64,000 nucleotides of DNA from Eledone cirrhosa (GCA_964016885.1 OZ024745.1:24614001-24678000), one strand, 5' to 3'; counted from the first letter of the stretch, positions 41,239 through 56,423 are shown. Notes: generated by a model not told the origin, from the sequence alone. Made by a program: numbers and translations.

Positions 41239-41805
41239 GATGGTGGTGGTTGTGGTGATGGTGGTGGTGTTGGTGGTGGTGATGGTGGTGGTTATGGTGG
41301 TGGTTGTGGTGATGGTGGTGGTGTTGGTGGTGGTTGTAGTGGTGGTGTGGGAGTGGTGGTGGTGTGGGGGGAGAGTGGTGGTGGTGTTGGTGTTGGTGGT
41401 GGTTGTAGTGGTGGTGGTGGTGCTCGCGGCGTTGGGGATCGGAGTGGTAGTTGTAGTGCTCGTGGTGGAAGTGGTAATGGTGGTGTTGATTGAGGTAAAG
41501 GTGGTAGTGAGGATGAAGGTGGTCTTGGTGGTTGTGGGGTTGTGTGGGAGTAGTGGTGGTTGTGGCGCTAGTGGTGGTGGAAGTGGTGGTTGTGGTAGTG
41601 GTGGTTGCAGTGGCGGTCTTGGTGGTGGTTGTGATGGTGATGTTATTGATGTTGGTGGTGGTGGTAGTTGGGTTGTGGTGGTTGTGATCGAGGTAACGGT
41701 GGTGGTGATTTTTTGTGGAGGAGCTTGGGTGGGTGGGGCGGTGTTGGTGGTAACGATGACAACGATGATGATGATGATGATGATGATGATAACGATGATG
41801 ATGTC
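40325..41805. repeat. (GGT)n compound microsatellite
   Basis: Direct inspection. Confidence 0.97.
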
Positions 41806-41900
41806 GTAATTTAGCCTAAGTAGACTCTGATCTGAATCCTCAATGGCGAAGGAACCATAGGTTAGTACCGTATGTACCCTGTAGATCTGGCTTTCGGATA

Positions 41901-42098
41901 TGAGGGTGGCCTGAAAAGTTCATAGGCTGACCAAGAACCTCTCATGGAATGACCAAATGAGATTTATTTTTCTATACAGTCCCCGGAAAGAAAAAATGCA
42001 ATTATTAATAAGAAGAGTTGAAATTACTGCATGTACTATTTCACAGCTCTAGCATCGCTCCTTTATAGTCAGCCTATGAACTTGTCAGCCCACCCTTG
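41901..42098. mobile_element. Mariner/Tc1-type MITE
   Basis: TIRs TGAGGGTGGCCTGAAAAGTTCATAGGCTGAC / GTCAGCCTATGAACTTGTCAGCCCACCCTTG, with TA on the left. Confidence 0.8.
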
Positions 42099-42174
42099 TG
42101 AGAAGAAAGATAGAGGGGGAGAGAGATGTGAGAAGAGACAGACGGGGTTTATTTACATTTTTTGTCTATTAATG

Positions 42175-42879
42175 ATTTCTAGTATAGGCACAAGGCCAAT
42201 AAATTTATTGTTTTGTTTTTTTTTGGGGGGGGGGTCGATTGAATCGACTCAGTGCATTATTGGTACTTTATTTTATCGACCTCGTAAAGATGAAAGGTAA
42301 AGTTAACCTCTGTGGGATTTGAACTCAGACCATAAAGGGACGTAATTCTATGCTAGAAAGCATGGCGTCCGACCTTCTAGAAAGCATGGTTTCCGATGCT
42401 CTACTGATTCTGCCAGTCCAATATATATATAATATATATATATGTGTTTGTGTAAGTGTGTTTGTGTGTGTATGTGTGTGTGTTGTTTGTGTGAGTATAT
42501 AGGTAGAAACTCTAAATGGATTTTTTTTTTTTTGTATTTTTACATTTTGAGTTCAAATCCCACCGGGGTCCACTTTACCTTTAATCTTTCCAATATCGAT
42601 GAAATAAATTACCAGTCAAGTATACTACTGATTTAATCAACATAGCCCTTCCTCAAAATTTGCTGGCCATATGCCTAAATTAGAATGCAATACTATTATT
42701 GCGTAGTTGATTGGCAAAATCGTTAGATCATCGGAAATGCTCTGTAGATTTCTTCATGCTCTTTACGTTCTGTGTTCAAATCTCGCCGAGGTTCAAATCT
42801 TCTTGGGTCGATAAAAGAAAATAATTGACTTTCGCTTCGCCTCAAATTGCTGGCCATGTGGCTCATGTAGAAAACTTTA
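42175..42879. mobile_element. Three SINE copies (one minus, two plus)
   Basis: Same A/B boxes and body as 5050-5765. Confidence 0.75.
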
Positions 42880-45010
42880 TCTATATATTAATACGCTAAT
42901 ACCTAAGTACCGTACGTCCGACCGTGTCACACTTTCAGTAATATATATATTAATACGCTAATACCTAAGTACCGTACGTCCGACCGTGTGTGTCACACTT
43001 TCAGTACTATATATATTAATACGCTAATACCTAAGTACCGTACGTCCGACCGTGTCACACTTTCAGTACTATATATATTAATACGCTAATACCTAAGTAC
43101 CGTACGTCCGACCGTGTCACACTTTCAGTACTATATATATTAATACGCTAATACCTACGTACCGTACGTCCGACCGTGTGTGTCACACTTTCAGTACTAT
43201 ATATATTAATACGCTAATACCTAAGTACCGTACGTCCGACCGTGTCACACTTTCAGTACTATATATATTAATACGCTAATACCTAAGTACCGTACGTCCG
43301 ACCGTGTCACACTTTCAGTACTATATATATTAATACGCTAATACCTAAGTACCGTACGTCCGACCGTGTCACACTTTCAGTACTATATATATTAATACGC
43401 TAATACCTAAGTACCGTACGTCCGACCGTGTCACACTTTCAGTACTATATATATTAATACGCTAATACCTAAGTACCGTACGTCCGACCGTGTCACACTT
43501 TCAGTACTATATATATTAATACGCTAATACCTACGTACCGTACGTCCGACCGTGTCACACTTTCAGTACTATATATATTAATACGCTAATACCTACGTAC
43601 CGTACGTCCGACCGTGTGTGTCACACTTTCAGTACTATATATATTAATACGCTAATACCTAAGTACCGTACGTCCGACCGTGTGTGTCACACTTTCAGTA
43701 CTATATATATTAATACGCTAATACCTAAGTACCGTACGTCCGACCGTGTCACACTTTCAGTACTATATATATTAATACGCTAATACCTAAGTACCGTACG
43801 TCCGACCGTGTCACACTTTCAGTACTATATATATTAATACGCTAATACCTAAGTACCGTACGTCCGACCGTGTGTGTCACACTTTCAGTACTATATATAT
43901 TAATACGCTAATACCTAAGTACCGTACGTCCGACCGTGTCACACTTTCAGTACTATATATATTAATACGCTAATACCTACGTACCGTACGTCCGACCGTG
44001 TGTGTCACACTTTCAGTACTATATATATTAATACGCTAATACCTAAGTACCGTACGTCCGACCGTGTCACACTTTCAGTACTATATATATTAATACGCTA
44101 ATACCTAAGTACCGTACGTCCGACCGTGTCACACTTTCAGTACTATATATATTAATACGCTAATACCTAAGTACCGTACGTCCGACCGTGTCACACTTTC
44201 AGTACTATATATATTAATACGCTAATACCTACGTACCGTACGTCCGACCGTGTCACACTTTCAGTACTATATATATTAATACGCTAATACCTAAGTACCG
44301 TACGTCCGACCGTGTCACACTTTCAGTACTATATATATTAATACGCTAATACCTACGTACCGTACGTCCGACCGTGTCACACTTTCAGTACTATATATAT
44401 TAATACGCTAATACCTAAGTACCGTACGTCCGACCGTGTCACACTTTCAGTACTATATATATTAATACGCTAATACCTAAGTACCGTACGTCCGACCGTG
44501 TCACACTTTCAGTACTATATATATTAATACGCTAATACCTACGTACCGTACGTCCGACCGTGTCACACTTTCAGTACTATATATATTAATACGCTAATAC
44601 CTACGTACCGTACGTCCGACCGTGTCACACTTTCAGTACTATATATATTAATACGCTAATACCTACGTACCGTACGTCCGACCGTGTCACACTTTCAGTA
44701 CTATATATATTAATACGCTAATACCTACGTACCGTACGTCCGACCGTGTCACACTTTCAGTACTATATATATTAATACGCTAATACCTACGTACCGTACG
44801 TCCGACCGTGTCACACTTTCAGTACTATATATATTAATACGCTAATACCTACGTACCGTACGTCCGACCGTGTCACACTTTCAGTACTATATATATTAAT
44901 ACGCTAATACCTACGTACCGTACGTCCGACCGTGTCACACTTTCAGTACTATATATATTAATACGCTAATACCTACGTACCGTACGTCCGACCGTGTCAC
45001 ACTTTCAGTA
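42880..45010 (+). repeat. Tandem array of 62-bp units (some 66 bp), about 34 copies
   Basis: Unit TATATATATTAATACGCTAATACCTA(A/C)GTACCGTACGTCCGACCGTGT(GTGT)CACACTTTCAGTAC, with no spacers. Confidence 0.97.
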
Positions 45011-45325
45011 ATATAAATCAAAGTCGAATGACGTCAGTGAGACGTGCTAAAACAATGGAAGGGGGGTGGTAGACAATCTACGAAAATCTACGGCGAAAGA
45101 AAATCAAAGAGCGTTGCAACTTTTGGAAAGGAAAGAGAGAAGGGGTTATATAATATATTTAGAGAGAGGGGTTTATAATTTAGAGAAAGGGATGGGTTAT
45201 TATATATATAGAGAAGGGGGTTATAATATATATAGAGAGAGGGGGTTATACTATATTTAAAGAGAGGGGTGTTATAATATATAGAGAGGGGAGTTATCTC
45301 TCTCAACACCGGGTTATTCAGCTAG
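42880..45325 (+). mobile_element. Non-autonomous Helitron containing a tandem array
   Basis: Starts A|TCTATATATTAATAC and ends ...CAACACCGGGTTATTCAGCTAG|T (5'TC, 3'CTAG, AT target, no TSD). Inserted into the (TTA)n tail of a SINE. Confidence 0.8.
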
Positions 45326-45344
45326 TTATTATTATTTCGATTGT

Positions 45345-45540
45345 TGGATTGGCAGTATCGGTAGAGGGTCGGACGCCATGCTTTGACACATAGAGTTATG
45401 GCCCTTTCCATTCTGAGTTCAAATCCCGCCGAGGTTAACTCTGCCTTTTATCCTTACGGGGTCGATAAAATAAAGTACCAGTAATGCAATGAGATAATTG
45501 CTGGCCTTGTGTCAAAAGTAGAAATAATTATTATTATTTC
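45345..45540 (+). mobile_element. SINE copy
   Basis: TGGATTGGCAGTATCGGTAGAG...GAGTTCAAATCCCGCCGAGG...GTAGAAATAA(TTA)n. Confidence 0.88.
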
Positions 45541-45544
45541 GATT

Positions 45545-46935
45545 GTTTCATACGATATCACCTGACACACCTCCATGTTTTCGGGGGTTTGTGTTGCATT
45601 GCATGTTCATATTTTTGTGGGGTAAGGGTATATAATCTCCTTCTGTTAGTTTCTTGTATCAGTGTTGTTTTATTATGCGGCTTAGCGTGTTGTTTCTCGT
45701 GTTATTTTAGTGTTTGTTCTGTTGTATGTCGTGTATGTAATGTGAGTTGTATTACTTTATCGGGTATCGATCTTATAGAGTATGTATAACGTGAGTTTTT
45801 TTTTATTTTATTAGATGCTTAATGTGTGTCTGTTCAGTATGAAAATTGTTGTATTTCATTTGTGTTATTGAATCAATAAAGACTTACGCAGGATGTGAGC
45901 TGTTCCTAGCAAAGTTGTTCATATTCGTGTTATCATATCTACAGCTCTGATTATTACTGGCACTGTTTCTATCCTCATGCCCTACATCTTGTATATTTCA
46001 ATTTCAAGATCATTGTATGTACATAATTTTTCATTTCTTTACGGGTAATATTTTGATCAAAAGGGATCTGGATGTCGATCAAAGTGCAATAAATATTTTC
46101 TTTTTTTTTTTCAAGTCCTTGATTATTATGTCTGGACGGTTTTCCTTGATCTCTTTGTCAATTTGGACGGGCATATCCCAGATGACTGTGATCAGACCGT
46201 TGTCAAGTACCCTGTTTGGTACATATTTTTTCCACTTTTTGTCCGTTTTAATATCGAAGTGTTGGCATATAGCCCTGTAGATATAGCTGCCAACTCGACC
46301 AGGCCTGTGTATATATTCAGACTAGGCTATTCAGACACTGGTAGTCGGAGATGATGTAGTCATCAGTCGCGTTGTGCTGGTTCGCCATTTTGTATTATAC
46401 TTGTTTGTAACCAAACCTTGGGCTTGTGCAACGAAAGTTAGTCATTCAGTTTTTGTTTTAAATCCGAAGCTTTTAAAGCATTGTGAGTTTCACTTCGGTG
46501 TACTTTTTCTCTATCGATCCTTGCATGTATTGGCTGTGGAGGGTTTTTATCTCCCTTTCTTCTTTAGTGTGCTTTTCCATTTCGTTTCCATGATTTTTTG
46601 TGTCTCTATAAACATTTTTTATTGTTGTTATTGTTTCAGTGAATTTTGTTTGTTTTATACTTTATTGTTTCTTTGGTTATAATGGTGTGTTTTTTTTTTA
46701 AATCTAATTGCTTATTACATTCATCAGTCTTCCTCCATTTGATTTAAAGTGTTTTTCTAGTCCAAATGGTGTTATTTTATATTAGTTTTCAATTTGTATT
46801 GACGGCGTCTTCCTCGTGTACAGTATAGATATATTCTGCTTTGGTATAGTAGTTTTGGTCGATGTTAGTAGGTTCCTCAGTTTCAATTGTTTTGCTGAAA
46901 ATATGGACAACGTTTAGGTTTTCTAGTTATTCCTT
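45545..46935 (-). pseudogene. Degraded R4/Dong-like non-LTR element (RLE region)
   Basis: Minus strand translates to TVIWDMPVQIDKEIKENRPDIIIKD and DLEIEIYKM*GMRIETVPVII, with stops and frameshifts. Confidence 0.75.
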
Positions 46936-47001
46936 GTAGACATGTCTCACTCCTTCAGACGCAATGAAAACACTGGAATGCATAAATATATCAAACTGTT
47001 T

Positions 47002-47152
<151 letters not shown>

Positions 47153-47337
47153 TGAAGGATTACAAGCCGTTAAAACAAGTTCTGTATATAGCTGTTACAC
47201 ATGTTTCGCCCACACGAGCTCTTCGGAGAGATAATTGTTTATATAATGACATCAGTAAGCATATAGATACCGTGTATCGCACCTCTCTCTACCTCTCTGC
47301 TTCCTCCTCTCTTTCGATACTTATACCTTATTATGCG

Positions 47338-47516
47338 ATGGATTGGCAGTATCGGCAGAGAGTCGGACGCCATGCTTTCCAGTATAGTTACGTCCCTTTA
47401 CGGTCTGAGTTCAAATCCCGCCGAGGTTAACTTTTCCTTTCATCCTTACGGGGTCGATAAAATAAAGTACCAGTAATGTACTGGGTAATTGCTGGCCTTG
47501 TGCCAAAAGTAGAAAC

Positions 47517-47520
<4 letters not shown>
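47338..47520 (+). mobile_element. SINE copy
   Basis: Full A box, B box, body and tail. Confidence 0.88.
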
Positions 47521-47578
<58 letters not shown>

Positions 47579-47765
47579 CGAAGGAAATGTGGTAAGGAAC
47601 CAGGTGGACCATAACGCACCAAAGTACTCAATACTTAGGGTAGTAGAGTGGGTAATAGAAACAAGTAAGACCCCGACGGCTGAGCTCAAGCCGTTTCGAC
47701 GGCTAATTCGGTCCAGAATTAGCCGTCGAAACGGCTTGAGCTCAGCCGTCGGGGTCTTACTTGTT

Positions 47766-47806
<41 letters not shown>

Positions 47807-47832
47807 GTACGTACACGTACGTACACGTACAC

Positions 47833-48395
<563 letters not shown>

Positions 48396-48613
48396 ATATA
48401 TAAATCTTGGTTAAATACTCTATTGTGGTCAACCGCGAAGAGGCTGCTTTCGGTTATTTATTTAATATTTCTTCATAGGAGCCTTTATTCTTATAGCCTG
48501 GTCTAATTGATTTTTTTGTATGGTTAATTATGCTAATTGGGAGAGGAAATTGTATATATTTTATCTAATAATTCTAAGGACATAATTTATGATATATATA
48601 TATATATATATAT

Positions 48614-48905
48614 TGTTATGCTTCGGGAGGGTCATGTTGCCAATAAGAAACACACGCACCAGATGCTTTCACTCCTATTTATTATAAATTAAATTTATAA
48701 ATTTAAGAATTTATAAATTTCCGATTGGTTGGTTGGTTCCACAACCGGACGGTTGTTCATATATTGTCAAAGTTCTTTCGTCACACATCCTGTGACCTCT
48801 TCAGTGACTGGGGATTCTTTTCTTTGTTTTTGTGCCTCTCCTTTGTTCTGTCCTACGCCATCTTGTTTTTGTGTGTGTTGTATGCTTAGTTTGCGTATGT
48901 GTTAC
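48614..48905 (+). mobile_element. Possible solo LTR (TGTTATG...TTACA); related TGTTAT-ended fragments near 22990-23218, 52330-52413 and 59680-59742 (minus)
   Basis: TG...CA termini and recurring GGGAGGGTCATGTTGCCAATAA-like sequence. No clear TSD. Confidence 0.35.
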
Positions 48906-48954
48906 AATTTTGCTAAACAAATTCAGAAACGATATATATATATATATATATATA

Positions 48955-49357
48955 TAGATAATTTAATATATCAACTAACATAAGCGCACAGATGCACGCC
49001 TATGCCAGCAAATACATAGGTTATGTCATAGTACCTAGGTGGTTCAATGCAGGAGGATGCAGAACAATAATATAAAAGACGTAAAATAAGAAAATCTCTT
49101 TCAAAAATTTTTTGGAATTATTATTAATACCGAATTATTATTATTTTTATATGAGCCGCCAGTGTCCGCGCATTGCCTGGAGACTCAGCTGAGAATAGAC
49201 TCCCTGATGACGCAATGAATTCTCGACAGTTAGATTACGTAACTGTCTTTATCCCATTGCAGAAACTAATTAGTTGGAGTGAAAATTTAAGTAAGTAAGT
49301 AAAAAATTTTTAAAAAAAATTTTTTGAAAGAGATTTTCTTATTTTACGTCTTTTATA

Positions 49358-49365
<8 letters not shown>
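48955..49365. mobile_element. Inverted partial copy of the 557-bp hammerhead unit (ribozyme 49199-49280, plus)
   Basis: Sequence matches the 50081-52266 array. A smaller fragment lies at 18779-18892. Confidence 0.85.
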
Positions 49366-49432
<67 letters not shown>

Positions 49433-49990
49433 ATATATATATATATGAACAAGAAGTGTTTAATCGGTGATATCTATTATTGTCCTCGAGGACAACTGAC
49501 CTAAGAAATCCAATAGATTTGGTATTGGAGTGTTAAGATAGTTTCTGACTAATGAGAGGAAGGTATATTCTTCTAATGCTTGAATTCATTCATTCTAATT
49601 CATATACCACCAGTTCTTTGAGAAAACAACACGTAAACTCGAAACTGGGCATATCAACAAAATAACTAGGTAAACTTTGTTCCATCATTGTGTTTTCCTG
49701 TTTTTTCTGTTCAAGTTCTAGCTGCCTGATGTGTGTGTGTGTTACAGCTCACACCTATGCAGGTTTAGCTGGCCTCCTCCAAGGTATATCTCGTTGGAGG
49801 TGTCTTGGGTAATTTAATGATAGGGACCCGAGTCCTATCATCTCATTTCTACAGCTGAGTAAACTGGAACAACATGAAAAAGGTGAAACAATTGTTCTCA
49901 ATTGAACTAACTGTTGTGTGTTATCACTTCTACCTAACTCGTCCCATGGACTGAGTGCTCTACCACTACGGATATTACCTTCCAGTGTTC

Positions 49991-50032
<42 letters not shown>

Positions 50033-50043
50033 CCCCCCCCCCT

Positions 50044-50080
<37 letters not shown>

Positions 50081-50081
<1 letters not shown>

Positions 50082-52266
50082 AATATAGATAATTTAATAT
50101 ATCAACTAACATAAGCGCACAGATGCACGCCCATGCCAGCAAATACACAGGTTATGTCATAGTACCTAGGTGGTTCAATGCAGGAGAATGCAGAACAATA
50201 ATATAAAGGACGTAAAATAAGAAAATATTTTTTTTTTAAAATTTAAAAAAAATGTTTTTCTTACTTAAATTTTCACTCCAACTAATTAGTTTCTGCAATG
50301 GGATAAAGACAGTTACGTAATACAACTGTCGAGAATTCATTGCGTCATCAGGGAGTCTATTCTCAGTTAAGTCTCCAGGCAATGCGCGGACACTGGCGGC
50401 TCATATAAAAATAATAATAATTCGGTAGATCGAACAGCTTGCGAGGACTGGATTCTATGTACCGAAATTCTCACTGCTTCAAGTCAAATGGCCGATTCTA
50501 AAGAATCAATCACGTGACACAGAGGCTAGTTAGAAGGAATGGGATGGTAAGATGACTGACGCCTACTAACACCCCAAAAAAAATTTTTTTAGAAGTGGTT
50601 TTGACAAGTTTGCTGGACAAATCAGTGATTTGGAGATAAATATAGATAATTTAATATATCAACTAACATAAGCGCACAGATGCACGCCCATGCCAGCAAA
50701 TACACAGGTTATGTCATAGTACCTAGGTGGTTCAATGCAGGAGAATGCAGAACAATAATATAAAGGACGTAAAATAAGAAAATATTTTTTTTTTTAAATT
50801 TAAAAAAAATTTTTTTCTTACTTAAATTTTCACTCCAACTAATTAGTTTCTGCAATGGGATAAAGACAGTTACGTAATCCAACTGTCGAGAATTCATTGC
50901 GTCATCAGGGAGTCTATTCTCAGTTAAGTCTCCAGGCAATGCGCGGACACTGGCGGCTCATATAAAAATAATAATAATTCGGTAGATCGAACAGCTTGCG
51001 AGGACTGGATTCTATGTACCGAAATTCTCACTGCTTCAAGTCAAATGGCCGATTCTAAAGAATCAATCACGTGACACAGAGGCTAGTTAGAAGGAATGGG
51101 ATGGTAAGATGACTGACGCCTACTAACACCCCAAAAAAAATTTTTTTAGAAGTGGTTTTGACAAGTTTGCTCGACAAATCAGTGATTTGGAGATAAATAT
51201 AGATAATTTAATATATCAACTAACATAAGCGCACAGATGCACGCCCATGCCAGCAAATACACAGGTTATGTCATAGTACCTAGGTGGTTCAATGCAGGAG
51301 AATGCAGAACAATAATATAAAGGACGTAAAATAAGAAAATATTTTTTTAAAAAAATTTAAAAAAAATTTTTTTCTTACTTAAATTTTCACTCCAACTAAT
51401 TAGTTTCTGCAATGGGATAAAGACAGTTACGTAATCCAACTGTCGAGAATTCATTGCGTCATCAGGGAGTCTATTCTCAGTTAAGTCTCCAGGCAATGCG
51501 CGGACACTGGCGGCTCATATAAAAATAATTAACTGAGACTTAACTGAGAATAGACTCCCTGATGACGCAATGAATTCTCGACAGTTGGATTACGTAACTG
51601 TCTTTATCCCATTGCAGAAACTAATTAGTTGGAGTGAAAATTTAAGTAAGAAAAAAAATTTTTTTAAATTTTAAAAAAAAAATATTTTCTTATTTTACGT
51701 CCTTTATATTATTGTTCTGCATTCTCCTGCATTGAACCACCTAGGTACTATGACATAACCTGTGTATTTGCTGGCATGGGCGTGCATCTGTGCGCTTATG
51801 TTAGTTGATATATTAAATTATCTATATTTATCTCCAAATCACTGATTTGTCGAGCAAACTTGTCAAAACCACTTCTAAAAAAATTTTTTTTGGGGTGTTA
51901 GTAGGCGTCAGTCATCTTACCATCCCATTCCTTCTAACTAGCCTCTGTGTCACGTGATTGATTCTTTAGAATCGGCCATTTGACTTGAAGCAGTGAGAAT
52001 TTCGGTACATAGAATCCAGTCCTCGCAAGCTGTTCGATCTACCGAATTATTATTATTTTTATATGAGCCGCCAGTGTCCGCGCATTGCCTGGAGACTTAA
52101 CTGAGAATAGACTCCCTGATGACGCAATGAATTCTCGACAGTTGGATTACGTAACTGTCTTTATCCCATTGCAGAAACTAATTAGTTGGAGTGAAAATTT
52201 AAGTAAGAAAAAAAATTTTTTTAAATTTTTTTAAAAAAATATTTTCTTATTTTACGTCCTTTATAT
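50081..52266. mobile_element. Tandem + inverted array of a 557-bp unit, each unit with a hammerhead ribozyme (retrozyme / Penelope pLTR-like)
   Basis: Unit starts at 50081, 50638 and 51195, with an inversion at about 51531. Hammerheads at 50275-50356, 50832-50913, 51389-51470 (minus) and 51554-51635, 52111-52192 (plus). Confidence 0.88.
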
Positions 52267-52407
52267 ATATATATAAATATATATATTGAGGACCGAATAA
52301 ATTAAATTAACCGATATAAAGACACAGAAGCGAAAACCAACCAAACAGTGAGTGTGTTCTGTTATTAATTCTGGCAATATCATTACACAAATATGACTCT
52401 CCCCAAG

Positions 52408-52477
<70 letters not shown>

Positions 52478-53103
52478 CATACATATGCAGAGACTGCAGA
52501 TGCTTCGTTAGAGAGGGAAAGAATTTATCTGGTTTGCTTTGCTTATTAGATTGTTTTATAGTTTCGTTTCTTTGTATTGAAGAAATGAGAAAGAATAAGG
52601 AAGCCAGATCATAAGGGAAATAGTTAGAGCTTTAGATAAAGACTATGAGAGAGGGGGGGGTAATAGAGGGAGAGGGGGCAGGGAATAGAGAGGTGGGAAT
52701 AGAGATAGAGGGGGTAGGAAATAGAGGTAGAGAGGGTAGGGAATAGAGAAACGGGGAAGGGAATAGAGATAGAGGGGAGGAGAAAACTAGAGAGTGAGGC
52801 GGTAGGGATAGAGAGAGAGGGGTGTAGAGAATAGAGCTAGAGGGGAGGAAAGAACTAGAGAGTGAGGGGGTAGGGAATAGAGATAGAGGGTATACGGAAT
52901 AAAGATAGAGGGGGCAGCGAATAGACATAGAGGAGGTAGGGAATAGAGAGAGGGGGCTGGGAACTAGAGAGTGGGGTAGGGAATAGAGAGAGAGGGGAGA
53001 AGAAAAATGCCTGTGTGTTGTTTAGTAAATTTTATTTTCTGTGTTTAAGCTGGGAACAAGTGTGAAGAAGAGAAAGGTAACGAAATAGTGCGGATGTATA
53101 TAA

Positions 53104-53170
<67 letters not shown>

Positions 53171-53223
53171 AGTGTTTGGATGAGTGAGTGTGCGCGCGTA
53201 TGTATGTATACATATATGTATAC

Positions 53224-53293
<70 letters not shown>

Positions 53294-53430
53294 TGTATAT
53301 GTATATATATATATGTGTGTATATATATATATATATGTTTGTGTGTGTGTGTGTGTGTGTATACACGCATATACATGTATATATATAAATATATATATAC
53401 CTGCATACATATATCCACACATACACACAT

Positions 53431-53538
<108 letters not shown>

Positions 53539-53645
53539 GTATATATATATACATATATGAATAGAGAGAGGGGGAGAGAAAGTATGTGGTAAAGGAAAGA
53601 TAGCATTGTAGATAGAAATAGAGGGAGAAAGAAACAGAGAGGGAG

Positions 53646-53681
<36 letters not shown>

Positions 53682-53909
53682 GGGAGGGGAGAAAAAGTGA
53701 GAAAATGACACAAATAAAAATAAATAAATTAACATAAAAAAGAGGAAAGTGAAAACTAAATGATGTAAGATTTAAAGTGAGAGAAATTTGGAGAAGATGG
53801 GGAGGAAAGAGGAAGAAAGTTTTTATAGGGAGGAATGTAGCGAGAGAAATAGAAAGTGAGACAAAGGAAGAAATAGAACTATGAGAGAGGAACAGCAATA
53901 GAGAGACTA

Positions 53910-53964
<55 letters not shown>

Positions 53965-54045
53965 CATATGTATGTAATATATAATTTTTATATGTATAAG
54001 TATTTATATATATTTATATATATATGTCTGTGTGTGTGTGTATGT

Positions 54046-54142
<97 letters not shown>

Positions 54143-54145
54143 GTA

Positions 54146-54223
<78 letters not shown>

Positions 54224-54225
54224 CC

Positions 54226-54259
<34 letters not shown>

Positions 54260-54265
54260 CATACA

Positions 54266-54300
<35 letters not shown>

Positions 54301-54459
54301 GTATATATGTATGTATTGTTTGTTGTTCTTTTCTTTTCTGAGCCTAACGGAAAAATAACTGGGTTAAAATTTGATCCGCCATTATTGATTGAAATCTCGA
54401 AAAAAATAAAACAATAAAAAAAATAATCAATGATTCAATACTGTTTGGCCAAGCCTTCT

Positions 54460-56295
54460 TCACAACAACAACAGTAGCAACAACAACAGTAGCAACAATA
54501 ACAGTAGCAACAACAACACTAACAACAACAACAAGAGTAACAACAACAGTAGCAACAACAACAAGAGTAACAACAACAACAGCAGCAACAACAACAAGAG
54601 TAACAACAACAACAGTAGCAACAACAAGAGTAACAACAACAGTAGCAACAACAAGAGTAACAACAACAGTAACAACAACAACAAGAGTAACAACAACAAC
54701 AGTAGCAACAATAACAACAGTAACAACAACAGTGGGTGTTGCAACATCAATAATAAAAACAGCAGTCAAAACAACTACAATAGCAACAACAATAACATCA
54801 AAATCAATAGCAACAAGAGTAACAACAACCGCAGCTACAACACTAACAGCAACAACAACGACAACAACAACAACAACAACAATTGCAAATAACAACAACA
54901 AACAACAACAAGTACAACTACAGTAACAAGAACTGCATCAACAAAAATAACAACAGCAAAAACAACAACAACCGCAACAACAGCAAAGACAGCAATAACA
55001 ACAACAACTACAACAGCAACAACAACAACAAAGGCAGCAATAACAACAACAGCAACAACAATAACAACAACAACAACAACAACAACAAAGGCAGCAATAA
55101 CAACAACAGCAACAACAATAACAACAGCAACAACAACAAAGGCTGCAATAAGAACAACAGCAACAACAATAACAACAACAACAGCAACAACAACAACAAA
55201 GGCAGCAATAACAACAGCACTAAACAATAACAACAAAAGAAAGGAAGTAAACAACAAAGTCCAATAACACGGTTTTACAATGTTTATCTCCTATCTCACC
55301 CACCCCACCCCCACCCCACCCTCCCCTCTCTCTCTTCCCCCTCTTACTAACACCCACGCCCCTTTCTCCTTCTATCTGATTTATTTAGATTTATTTATTT
55401 ATTTGTTTGTTTGTTTGTCTGTTTGTTTTCTTTGTTTTGTTGTTATTGTTATTGTTGTTGTTATTGTTATTGTTTTTGTTTTTGTTGTTGATGTTATTTT
55501 TTCCCTACTTCTAGCAATTCTAAAATGGCAGCGACATTAACAAACAACAACATTAACAACAACAACAATAAGGACACAACTACAACAAGGGCAACAAGGA
55601 CAACAACAACAAAAACCACAACAAGGACAACGAAAACAACTACAAGGACAACAACATCGTCAACCACAACGACCATCATGACAATCATAAAGACCACCAC
55701 CACTACCAACATCAACACAACCACCACCACCACAACCACCACCACCATCACCACAACAACCACCACCACTACCACCAACACTACCGCCAACACCACCATC
55801 ATAAACACAACTACCAACATCAACACAACTACCACCACCACAAACACCACTACCAACATCAACACAACCACCACCACCACCACCACCATAAACACCACTA
55901 CCAACATCAACACAACCACCACCACCACCACCACCACCATAAACACCACTACCAACATCAACACAACCACCACCACAACCACCATCACCACAACCACTAC
56001 CACCACCACCACAACCACCACCACCACAACCACCACCACAATTACCACCACCACCACCATTACCAACACCACTACCACCACCACTACCACCAACACCACC
56101 ATTACCACCAACACCACCATTACCACCATCACCACCATTACCATCAACACCACCATTACCACCATCACCACCATAAACACCACTACCAACAGCAATACCA
56201 CCACTACTACCAACACCACCACTACCATCACCACCACCATAAACACCACCAACATCATGACAGCAGCTGCAATTATATCACCGATAGTTAACAAC
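54460..56295. repeat. (AAC)/(ACC) compound microsatellites
   Basis: Direct inspection. Confidence 0.97.
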
Positions 56296-56423
56296 AACTA
56301 TTTTTTTTTTTTTTAGATTTTTTTTCTCTTTCACTATGGAAAAACAAGTAATATTAAGAAATTACTGGTACTGATTTTATGGGCCCTATATTATATATAT
56401 AGTATGTATACACACACACACAC

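Noticed and set aside
40300-41809. Gly/Cys-rich keratin-associated-like ORF
   Set aside because: (GGT)n-derived, switches to poly-Val within the frame, and has no gene structure.
42880-45010. CRISPR-like regular array
   Set aside because: Units are contiguous and near-identical with no unique spacers, there are no cas genes, and the context is eukaryotic.
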